Source: Trichoplax adhaerens
Taxonomy: Eukaryota > Animalia > Placozoa
Direction: 5' to 3'
DNA length: 64,000 nt
NCBI RefSeq assembly: GCF_000150275.1
Contig: NW_002060948.1
Span: forward strand, 1,982,918-2,046,917
Part shown: piece by piece, positions 40,501 to 51,823 of the stretch
Position numbering within the stretch: position 1 is the first letter of the stretch
Layout: each line of letters begins with the position of its first letter
The notes under the pieces: generated by a model
The model's database searches: none
What the model saw: the letters and a program-made list of their open reading frames with translations, nothing else
Told to the model about the DNA's origin: nothing
Program-made: the position numbers and the translations under genes

Positions 40501-43500
40501 TTTTATTTTAAGGTATCGGAGTAATGTTTGGGTTTCGATTTAATGTTGTACTAGCACTCTAGATTTATAACAAAGACCTCCATTTAACATATGTCTATAT
40601 TTCAGATCCATTTACATGCAAATCATCTGGAGGAAACGTTACAATCAACTATCACAAATGGTCTGGTTCGACTAGTAAAAAATCTTATGGTCCATGTTAG
40701 ATCATCATTAAGTGATCATTCATGTGGCAACTGTTCAACCGTATTTCGTAATTGTTCGCATTGCAAATTCTCATTAATGTTCTATATGTTGATACATGAA
40801 ATATTCAATAAAGTAACTGGGATAAATGAGCGATTCTCGCAAGATTTACACGATGACGAGGCAGCCATCAAAGTGGAAAGTCAGAGTAACACCGATATCC
40901 TTCCTGATAAGCGGCCTAGACGAAAAAGCGATTCACAACCCAAGAGTAGTACGTCGAATGAGTCAATTGGACTTACTAGAACTTCACTCATCGAAAGATG
41001 CAGTAAAAATAGAGAATATCCTTCGAAACGGAGGCCATTCGCGTCATCTTTAAAGGAGAAATCTAGTAGTAATGCAGCACTGCAAGTTTCTCGTATTAGA
41101 TCGATTTCTAGACATCGTCGTATTGACGAATTATTGCAGGTTCTGAAGTCAATCGTTCAGGAATTACAAATATGTAAAAATTCCGCAATTATATATTATC
41201 AATTACAGTGTATTAAATTATTATTACCTCCAAGCGAATTTATTTCTCAGTTTAAAAGTAGTGCTCCAGTTCGTGACCTAATTATTAAATTCCTGCTGCC
41301 AAATTTATGGTCATTGCTTCGATTTGATTCCTGTCAAGTTGCACAAGCATGCGGCACTTTGTTTATCCACTGTTTGTCATGTCGACAGATTAGCAACGCT
41401 TTTAAAACTATTATTACTGACTCACTCGATAGTCATAACTGGTCCGATCGTTATAATGCTATCACTAAACTATTTACTATGATTAATTTTATTGAAGTTA
41501 AAGAAATACTTGGATATCCTCCGTTACAATCAACATTGGCACACACGTTTTCGGTGCTAATATCAGGCTTATCTGATCAATCACCGCAAGTTCGTATTCT
41601 TGCATCCATTGGTTTTAAAAATATCAAATTATCTTGTATCGAAGTTGCAAAGTTATGTTTCCATCATCAGTATATAAACTATCCTGATGATCGTCCAAAA
41701 TTACTTTTTCGACTTGAACAATTACAAAAATGCTTACCTCGAATACAGGTTTTACGTTATGATTTGTTCCTATTATGGTTTGATGTCTTACCTGTGGGAT
41801 TAGACATCAACGATCGTCAACGATTTCCTTATTTATCGTTGGATCCTACCACATATCAGCATCAGAATGTTAGTAGTAAACTCAGCTTAACTACAACATC
41901 TAAGAATAGATTCAAGAAATCATCCGATCTATCCAGTTATAATCCTTTTAAAGTTTCATCTAGTTTACGTCGGTCAAGTAGTGGTCGCCGTTCATCAACT
42001 AGGCGTTGTAGTTCAATTATTTCGTCTAATTCATTCGATGTTACAGTTGCTGCTGATAATTTTTCGATCACTGATAGTTCAAGTTCCATTGATGGAGTTG
42101 TTATTGATTCAACGAGTCATAAGAGCACGACAGCAATACCATCTCAATTGTCGGTTGTAAATGATATTGATCCTGATGATATGAGAAATGAAACCATGTA
42201 TCGTCTAATTGAGTTATTTATGCAGTATTTACGTCGATCATCATCGACTAATTCTAAAATAGGCAATAATAACGACAACAGTCAATATCACATGAAAATA
42301 TTTCTTTGCATTCAACGTCTAATGGGTTATAACCATGTTACACAAATATTTAACTTATCATCTTCCAAGTTGAGATCGTCGCTAATTTATAAAGCGTTTT
42401 TAGTAGAAGCTCCATTAATGTTGGATACCTGTCTTACTCAAGGCAAGAAATTAATTACTTTCATCGTATCTGTGCTACACTATTGTACATACGTTCAAGA
42501 TACGGAGCAATATACCCTGTTAGCTTTATCACAATTTGATCGTCAAAATTGGTTTATGACTTTGCTAATTTTGCTATACAAGTATAACTTAAAAGATGTA
42601 TCGGCAGTAATATGCAAATTGATGGAATTAACAACCCAAATGATTGAAACTGCACATCATTTATGCCATCATGGAGCTAAAAATAACGGTAGTTTTATAA
42701 GGCATCGCATTTCAAGTAAGAACGATTTCAGTTATTGTCAGTCGATATCATTATGTGAACAACGTAATAGTATTAAAAGGAAAATGTTAACCAAGTTAAA
42801 TGTAATTGATACGGGAGATAATCAATTAGGTGTGCAAACCACTGTAGTGAATACATCGACTGAAATCGATGAGCGTAGTGTTCATTCGACATTGGCCGAA
42901 AAATTGGAAATGAATACCGAAATAGAAGTACAACAACAATCTGATAGTCAATCAAATCGCGATATTGCTAGGACTAGTGGTAGAGCTCGTGGAACTCTTC
43001 GACGAGAGCGCTCATTCGAAGAAGAGCCATTACCTGAAATAATTGATGATGTCAATGATAACGATGATTTTGATAATGATAATGATAGCAATCCACTCCA
43101 CGTTAACGAGCACCAAAACAACAATGATTACGATATCATTGATGATGCCATTACACAATCCAATCGCAAAATAAAGAAAAGGAATATATCAGCAAGCGTA
43201 CCGCAATCTAATCTGACCTATAATCCATCTCATAATAGTCGTTTAGATGATATCGAAAATAGAATATTTGATATAACCAAATGCATCAAATGTGGTGAAT
43301 TAATTAGCGCTTATGATCAAGAAAATATTTGTCTTGGTATATTAGTACTATCCACCTTTGTCTATCGTTATCCGGAAATGGCAGCACCTCAATTATTACG
43401 TATATTAAGATGTATCGCCAGGATTACGTCCAGAAAAGGCACGCTATTGCATCATAATGATACTTTCGTATGCGACAATCCAGATCATTTGTCGAAAGTT

Positions 43501-45114
43501 TCAACTCAGGTCTTCAAATGTATCTTATTACAATATTTACCGCATGGTATATTTCCACAATTATTTAAAAGTCATATTAGCGATGATCAATTTTTGCCAG
43601 CTATGGCTAAATTACTGAGCGACTTTAGTGAATTCGATCAAATGGAGCCATTATATAAGTTATTCGAGTATATTAACAATAACAAAATAACCAATCGTGA
43701 AATGAAAATTATACTGGATAATCTCGCCAATTACATGGATAATCTATCAAATGAAGCACACTTTGCATGGCAGAATGTAATATCGCATTTAGATACATTC
43801 TTTAAAAAATTACCTATATTTATTAAGGGCTTACAAGATGGGGCTCCATTAGCGCGCATTATGGTAGCCATATTTAAATTACCAACTAATAGTAAAAATC
43901 TATTACAAAGTATGGGCCATTGCTTTGCAGTAGCTCTGCGCAATGTACCGTTTTCTACTGCATCATTTACTGAACTGTGTATTCAGTGCTATTGGTCATT
44001 TGCAAAGGAAAGAGAGAAACTTTATTTTACACGTTGTGCAGTGACAGAACTTGTTCATGCATTAAAGTCCAGAATTATATTACCTGCCGATAACTTTGTT
44101 AAACTAGCTCAGTTAGTATTTTTAGATACTGTTGAAGGCAATACAGATTTAAATTTTATTGATACATCATCAACAACATATCAAGGATCACAATCGAATG
44201 CGCTAGAATTATTCCGACAGTACCTACCTGAAGCAGTTGAATTTCTTGGCAGTGGAGATGTTAGTGTAAGATTTGAAGATTTAGTAACGAGTAAGAGCTC
44301 CGTTATTGGTAACCTAAAAATTATGATCGCTAAAATTATTGCATTTGAAATAACTAATAATAATAACAATAACAATAATAACCGTGATTTAAAATATATA
44401 ACAAGATTAATGCCTTGGTTTCATCAAAGGCAATCACAACCAACACGTTTTCAGTTACAGGAATGTGTCTCCCAAGTTAGGATAGTATGTTGGTTGCTCG
44501 TTGGCAGTCTGCATCATTACGTTGAGTCGTCAACTACATCATCGATTTATACACCGTTTTTACCTTCAGATATTGTTGTTATTGAGCGTGTACTAAATGT
44601 GTTCAATTCTATTGCATCGAAAGGACGTGAGTCATCGGAATATTTATCAGCAATACCACCTATTCTTATATTATGCCAATTATGGACGGTCTACTGCGAA
44701 CAGTATATGAATAGTCGGTGGCAATTTAGTGAATTTTCAAGTACTAGTGTTATACCAATTTTAATTGACTTTTGGCAAGAAGTCACTTCGGCACTGTTGC
44801 AGGTAGTATCGGAAATACACGATTTACATGTGCACGTTATTGGTCAATTTTTTACTACTGTGGAAAGCTTGAAAGAATGTAACTCATTTATATTTCATGA
44901 ATATTTCCCATCTTGGATATCATTTTTAAGCGAAAATTGTAATCAGGCAAATAGAATTGATCGCCTACGTCATTTACAAGAATGTACTAGTAAGGACAAT
45001 ATTACCGATAATCAAACAGTACTAAAAAGATGGCTACATCGAGTACAATTGCAAATGGCACAAAACGAATTACAAGCAACTGTACATAATAATAAATCAC
45101 AATATATTGTTTAA
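31503..45114 (+). CDS. UNC79: UNC-79 homolog (NALCN sodium leak channel complex subunit)
   Basis: Exon 1 31503-31518 (MAVEE) splices to ~34506 giving MAVEEFTAKVHILKE (compare human MSTKAEQFASKIRYLQE). Further motifs: LSPFLDLQQLQTLPSIITSTL; Cys-rich AVVTCFSLSCTKSCGSRPMRLCSTCD; VWDLLMPTWMENIR; RLSCFILMLDIIVKQ. Final exon 40606-45114 has IIYYQLQCIK, ENICLGILVLSTFVYRYPEMAAPQLLRILRCIARI, ECVSQVRIVCWLLVGSL and LCQLWTVYCEQ. Confidence 0.93.
33125..33710. repeat. Degenerate tandem triplication, about 195-200-bp unit, in UNC79 intron 1
   Basis: aat(c/a)tactctaccgtaagtt(g/a)att...gcagcttgacagatgc...ggcttgtga recurs at about 33131, 33331 and 33526. Confidence 0.9.
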
Positions 45115-45697
45115 ATAGATTTTTCTGTTTTATTATTCCATATATTAATAAGACATTATGGAATAGAATATTCGATTTTCAAAGTACTGTAATTGCTTAA
45201 GATTATCATAAAAATGAATAATTAGTACACCAATGATAAAACTACCTTGAACAAAGTACAGTACAGCAGTGAAGGTATTTGCGTAAAAACGAAACAAAAA
45301 GCAACAGTATATTAAGATACTTATGAAGTCATCATTCGAAAAATTTATCAATTTTCATTGTCGGATTGAAATAGATTGATATAGTTCAGTAATAATTAGA
45401 AAGAATAAAGTAAAATAAAAGGTATTTATGTTATTTTAAAGGAAACACAATCTACTAATGTAACTTAGAAATTATTAAATTTTTAAAGGAAATAAATATA
45501 GGAAAACACTAATTTGATAGGTGTTCATTCGAAATTATAGATACAGTGAGTCAGTGCTTGATGAGCAACTTATAAAGTAAATGATATCGCTAATTTATCA
45601 AGGTTTGAGCTGATGATCACTTTACATAACTCTAGATATGGACATAAATAGTTACCATTTAACTGAATTATAAATTTGGTTATGGTGGATTAGTAGA

Positions 45698-48600
45698 TTA
45701 ATAAGCCTTAGTTTCATGTAGCATAATTCCCAGTAGTCCTCGTCTGCCTTCTTTAGCAGTTTGTATAATTCGTATTTGTTCATATGTTTCTTCAATTAAT
45801 AGACACTGATAAAAATAGAAAGTAAAAATTTTGATAATTGCACAATAAAAATATTTACACCATTCGTGCTATTGGGCATTGTTAACTAGGCAAAATTTTA
45901 TTAAGGATATAACAGTTTGGGTACCTGCTGAATCCGTTCTCTATCAATGTTAGCTCTTTGCAGTCTCTCCCAACGATAATGTTTTATGCAAGAGCGCTTT
46001 CTTACTCTACAAAAATCATCAGTTTCTTCAAACACATTTCGGGTTAATGGACATCCACACACTTCATTCGCAGGTATCTAAGTATAAGTTATGCATAAAA
46101 GGATATTAGCTTAATTCATTGTTATTAGATTGCTTTAAAGTCCAAAGAACTGTATCCACTACTACGATATACTGTAGCTATCAAATCAGTTTGAAAAATT
46201 TTCCAATACAGGTAATCTTCAACCTTTGGCTCTTTAGTATGTTCTGCACACAATACGCGTAAACGCTTGCAGTATGTTCCTTGTTGTGCGTTATATTCAT
46301 CGCAGAATAATGACACCCTTGTAAACAATTTATAGTAGATTTAATTCTTCTTTTAATTCACCGAAAAAAGTAGTGACGTTCTCAATATTATGTATCAAGA
46401 TATGTCATATTAAAACCAATAATAAAGTATTAGTCCTACTTACTCATTTGGTCCTACATTAGTAGCATACTTTGATCCATACGATGTCAAACTTTCTTCC
46501 TGTATATAGGCACACAAAATTAAGATTATTTCGGACGTCAATTTAAAATTTATAATATATTAAAGAAATTCGATTTTACCTTGATATAGCACTTTTCCAT
46601 ATGTTTGATAGCATTACGTGGAGGAATAGAATGTCCACATGTAACGCAATAAATTTGTAAATCAGTATCTTCATTGCCATCTTCATTGGCCTAAATGCAA
46701 ATTGTAAATCATAATTACGCGTATGTAACAAATATATAATAACAAAGTTTTAGCAACAATAACCTACATCGGGTTCTAATGAAGCAGATGACATTTTAGT
46801 CCAATTAACGAAATGGTCTAATTTCGCAGACATTTCATCTAACTCTGCTAACCTTTTTTCAGCAATCTGCAAGATTTATATTGAAGTATGAATAATACAT
46901 TAAAAGTATTTGGTCAGCTACATTTTGTATTCACTCTAACGTACAGTTGGCATGTTTAACTTACTTTTCGTTTTCTTTCTAACTCCTTTATTTTTAATTC
47001 ACCCTGAATATCAGCGGTAAGGCCTTGAGTTCTCAAAGTCTTAATTTTATTCGGTAAGACTCGAAGAATACGCCTAGTTGCAAATAAATCAATACGTAAT
47101 TCAATGGATTACTAAAGTAATTATGAATTAATTTAAAACTAACTCTTTAGCCAGTTTTAAACCGCATTCATTGCTACAATATTTTGAAGACAGCCTTGCA
47201 GCATTGACGCAACCGATGCCAATACATTGTATCAATTCTCTCTTCTCAATAATTTCAACTTGCGTATCCTCATCTTTGATTTGTTTGCCCTCATCTCGTT
47301 TTCTTTTCCGACTCTTTGATTGATGTTCCTTTCCTTTACGTGTTTTCTTCTACAAAAAGAATTATACAAAACTTAAAAGTAGAGTACAAAATGAACAATA
47401 TTATTATCAATATCAACTAACTTCACTCTGTTCCTCTCTTTTGCTCTTTTTTAACTGTTTAACTTTAAGGCTACGCTGTTTACTTGATTTTTTGGATGCT
47501 TTAGGGGTTTGCGCTGTTGCAGCTGAAGTTTCATCTTTTTCAGAAACTTTATTAGCAATAGTCGTTTCGTCTTGTGCTGGAACCGTTAAATCCTATTTTA
47601 TAAGATTAATATCGAAAATAAACTTATTCTTGTAAAAGTAGTTGATAATCCTGTAATGCTGATAATGCCAGAGTGCTTACCATGTTTGATATCTTTCCTT
47701 TATCTTCATCAGTAGGTGTTGTTAAAGTAGGAGAAGTAGGCGCAGGCTGTGAAGTAGCGCTAACATTGATAGATCCGTTCGACTAAAATATAATAAAAAA
47801 GTAGAATGAGCTAATGACAAGCAATTTGTAACAAAATTCGTATTTCTATTGCGCAAGGCAAATGTTCAAAATTATGCACCAGCCTGTGTACATTAAGAAA
47901 ACAAATGACGTAAGGGACTTACCAATCGTGAATAAAATTTGCACTGGCGTAACATACATTTCTGCCGAAGTCTTTTAGGACCTCCAAATTTTGGCATATC
48001 CTACAGTATTTAAGAATTACAGTATTAACAATGCTAATTGAAGCATAGATACTTTATTGTGATATTTTAGCGTAAGTTAAACGTTTTACAATATCTTTAT
48101 GACAAGCTATAGAATTAACATGCTATACCAAGCAAAATTTGCATTTGCCACAATCTTCCGTTCTTGTACAAGCATCGCATTTTCCACAAGCTCGAATGGA
48201 ACGCTATTTTTAGTTAAAAATAATTTATCATTGTGGTGGTTGCTATTCCATAGTTAAAATCGAAATATATAAATTCTTAAAAGGAACTCATTTGCTGTAT
48301 AACTTGAACTTTCTATAGCTATATATATTATCTTTATTATTACTTTTTGTCTCTTTTCTTCTTGATGACGATCTTCTCTCTTTTTTTTCGATTTATAAGT
48401 TGTACGTAATTCATTATTTTTCTCTTCAGTTATGAAAATATGAAAAATAATTTCATTTTACTTTAGTGGATATGGTACAGATATCAAGAGGGTTTAATAT
48501 CACTGAAACTTTGCTGTTAGAAGTGAAATTTGTTAAGATTAACTTTCACTTAGCAATAATACGAGTATAGTATTATTATTTAATAGTATTGTTGATGTAT

Positions 48601-50014
48601 CAAGCTAGTGATGTACTTTTAGGAATGGTATTAGTTGATAGAAAAATTGTGGACTAGAACAGTATAAGAGCTTTAGTTTTTAGATTAAAATTTAGTCAGC
48701 ACTATGTCAGCTTATAGCACTATGTAACAATATAGTACATTACAATGATATCTCAAGAGGTGACTTAAAGCTAGGCATATTGATTGTAAATTAGAATCAC
48801 ATTGGTATTAGTAAGTTAATGCAGAAGATTGATATTGATTCAGGGCGAATACAGCTTATCAATACTACAATATATATAGTAATGACATCATTAGTGCATC
48901 AAGCAAGTGATGTATCATCGGAGATGATACGATGTAATACAGGTTGACTACAAAATAGATGATTACTAAAATTGAAAGGTAGTTTTACCATTTTACATTA
49001 ATCATGAACTTACCTATACAATTAGGACAGTAAAATTTTTTAATCATGTTAGCATCTTCATTTTTAATACCAACGCAATCACCATGGAACCATTCGTCAC
49101 AACCATCGCAGCATCTGTTTAAAAAAGGTGAGTTTGAGATGATAGTGATAACTGTATAGTATAGTTACTTGATACACTCTTGTACCGATGCTATATCATA
49201 ACTCTATCTTGATCACTGGAATTCTAATGATTATAATTGTCAAGTACTTGTATAGTAAACGTAAGCCATGGTATTTCATTCTATGCCGATTGCTACTGGT
49301 AATTTTGTTGTTACTCTGTTGCACAGGATGCCATCTCCTCATGTACAGTATGTGTTCAAGCTACAATTGCTAGTCATGTCAAATCACAATTCTTTTCCTA
49401 GTAGGCTAACATCGTTAACGATGACAGACATCAATGATTGGCATCAACACACTGTAGTGTGATTACATGATAACCGTTTGATTTTAACACTATCTCCAAG
49501 ATCACCATCGCAGTCAATCTATTAATACCATCTATAGTACTCTCGTCATTTACGATTATCTTGATAACTGTATCATTCATTATAACATTACCCCCAACGA
49601 ATTGATACCACCTATAGTACCCTCGTCATTTACGATTATCTAGATTACCGTATTATTTTAACGTTGATAATACTTTGAAGGTTATTAGTCAATATATTGA
49701 TAATATGTATGGTACTTACATCATCAATCTTTTACCATCATCCGGTTGTTTGCAAATGCAGTATAAGACTGGCTCATCGATTCCTTCAACTGGAGCTGAT
49801 TCATTTTCAGGCTAGATTGTATATTTACAAATTTAAAAATAAAGTGATTCTTGACGTTATTGTTCTAAGTAGGCAATTATGAGAAGGATTGATCGATTTG
49901 AGGTCCTTTTACTCATTTTTCATATAGTATTTTCACATATTATTCTATCTATTGGTATGTAGTAGATGAAATTACCTCCTGAGGCTGAGGTGGATGAGCA
50001 GGTTGATCCTCCAT
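45698..50014 (-). CDS. CXXC1: CXXC-type zinc finger protein 1 (CFP1), SET1/COMPASS subunit
   Basis: ATG at 50014 (exon 50014-49976). PHD finger YCICKQPDDGKRLMI-CCDGCDEWFHGDCVGI...FYCPNC; CXXC domain [40 protein letters not shown] (~48205-47942); QCIGIGCVNAARLSSKYCSNECGLKLA; YCKRLRVLCAEHTKEPK; C-terminus RRGLLGIMLHET, TAA at 45700-45698. Confidence 0.95.
49526..49658. repeat. Short direct duplication (about 53 bp, period 80) in a CXXC1 intron
   Basis: tacca(t/c)ctatagtac(t/c)ctcgtcatttacgattatct at 49526 and 49606. Confidence 0.85.
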
Positions 50015-50409
50015 TGAATCAAGCTGATGGTTGATAGCACGCAGGAAGAGTTGGTCTATCCGCTGATGAAAGTAATAACTACAGTAGAATGTTGACCAAT
50101 GTAGGAGAAGTAGGCAAGATAGCTTGGCTAATGGATCAATGTAAGATTAGCTATCATTAGATCGCTTAGACTAGACCAGGCATCCAATGGGATGAAATTT
50201 GCACTACTGTTATTAACTCTAACTATTATTACGACCATAAAAGTGATGTAGATAATCCAGTTGCCTATAGTGTCCACTACCATTGACAAGGTTGTGATTG
50301 CGCTTGATTTGATCACCTTCCAGCAGTCTTTTCTTGACGTCGAATCATGTCCAGGATTGACGCAGGCGCAGAACACTGTCCTGACTGCTGGACACTGTGG
50401 ACAGTCCCA

Positions 50410-51170
50410 GCTCCCAGTCTACTGACAGACTGACGGATGATCAGTCAAGCCTACTCTTCCAGTAGTTCGCTGGCGTACTGTACAGTAGTGTCGCGTACTG
50501 TACCGTACAGTACTGTAGTTCTGGATAGTGCTACTTTGCTACATTGCTTCCAATCTACTGACAGACTGACGGATCATCCGTCATGCCTAGTCTTCTCCAG
50601 TAGTTCGCTGGCGTACAGACGGTACAGTACAGTAGTGTCGCGTTTTGTACTGCACACTGTAAAGTACAGTATACTGTAGACTGTACACTGTGGTGTAGTT
50701 GTACTCTTTTGCTACATTGGTTCCAGTCTACTGACCGACTGACGGATGATCCGTCAAGCCTACTCTTCCAGTACAGTAGTTCGTTGGCCCACAGGCCACA
50801 GTAGTGTCGCGTACTGTACAGTACAGTACACTAGAAAGTACTGTATAGTACAGTATACTGCAGACTGAACTACGGTGGCTCACAAGGCTCAGCGCAATAC
50901 GCCGTAACAACTGGTGATACAGTACACTACAGAAATGATGTCACACAATCTTCAAGTGATGTCGCGCAAACTTGAACTGAACACTGTGGTGTAGTTGTGT
51001 AGTCTTTTGCTACTGTACATATTGTACTGTACAGTACAGGGTACTGTACATTGTACAATAGTGTACACTGTACATTTGGTTCCAGTCTACTGACAGACTG
51101 ACGGATCATCCGTCATGCCTACTCTTTTACAGTACTGTAGTTGTGTACTCTTTTGCTACATTGGTTCCAA
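50410..51170. repeat. Four copies of a palindrome-containing unit in the CXXC1/tetraspanin divergent intergenic region
   Basis: cca(g/a)tctactgac(a/c)gactgacggat(c/g)atc(c/a)gtca(t/a)gcct at about 50413, 50549, 50722 and 51080. Confidence 0.9.
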
Positions 51171-51339
51171 CGTATCCCTTGGTGAATGTTAACTAATAAC
51201 ATTCATTTGAATTCACTTCAAGCTCTTTCTTATTTTTCTTCTTTGCGGTATAAGTATAAAGGACCGTTCATAAAAAGGTTCACACTAGGCTCTCTATTGA
51301 CTCCGTATTGGATTCAAAGGAAAACACAGCAAGCAAGCG

Positions 51340-51620
51340 CAGACTGTGCCGTACTGTACAGTACATACAGTATCGCGGCAGTACGTACAGTACAGTACAG
51401 TACAGTACAGTACTGTAATCTGTAACCTGTACTGTACAGTACAGTACATACTGTACAGTACTGTATGTTAGTGTACTGTACAGTACAGTACTGTACAATG
51501 TACCCTGTACTGTACTGTATGTTAGTGTTTTTGTTGTACGGTACAGTACATACTGTACTGTGTAGTACTATCTCTACCGTCTACAGTACAGTCTGTACAT
51601 TACAGTACTGTAGACTGTGG
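51340..51620. repeat. (TACAG)n / (CTGTA)n pentamer-rich low-complexity tract
   Basis: tacagtacagtacagtacagtacag at 51386-51410 plus many inverted ctgta units, just upstream of the tetraspanin ATG. Confidence 0.95.
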
Positions 51621-51823
51621 ACAGTTTTGTGTTGTCGCCTTTTCCGGCATTCCACTACTGGAGGCCTTCATTGACTTTCTTGCTCAGAAAAAAAACTTCC
51701 AACGCCCTAAACTGAATCCGTGAACGCTTGTTCGATTCATTGACTGACTTGAAGAAAAGTTGCTGCTTGATTGCAGCCGTTATCAAGGCCAAAGGCCGAC
51801 GACTTAAGAAGGACTGAGCAATA

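Noticed and set aside
50437-51674. Several ORFs rich in YSTV/YCTV (also at 59164-59722)
   Set aside because: They are translations of TACAG/CTGTA repeats, not proteins.
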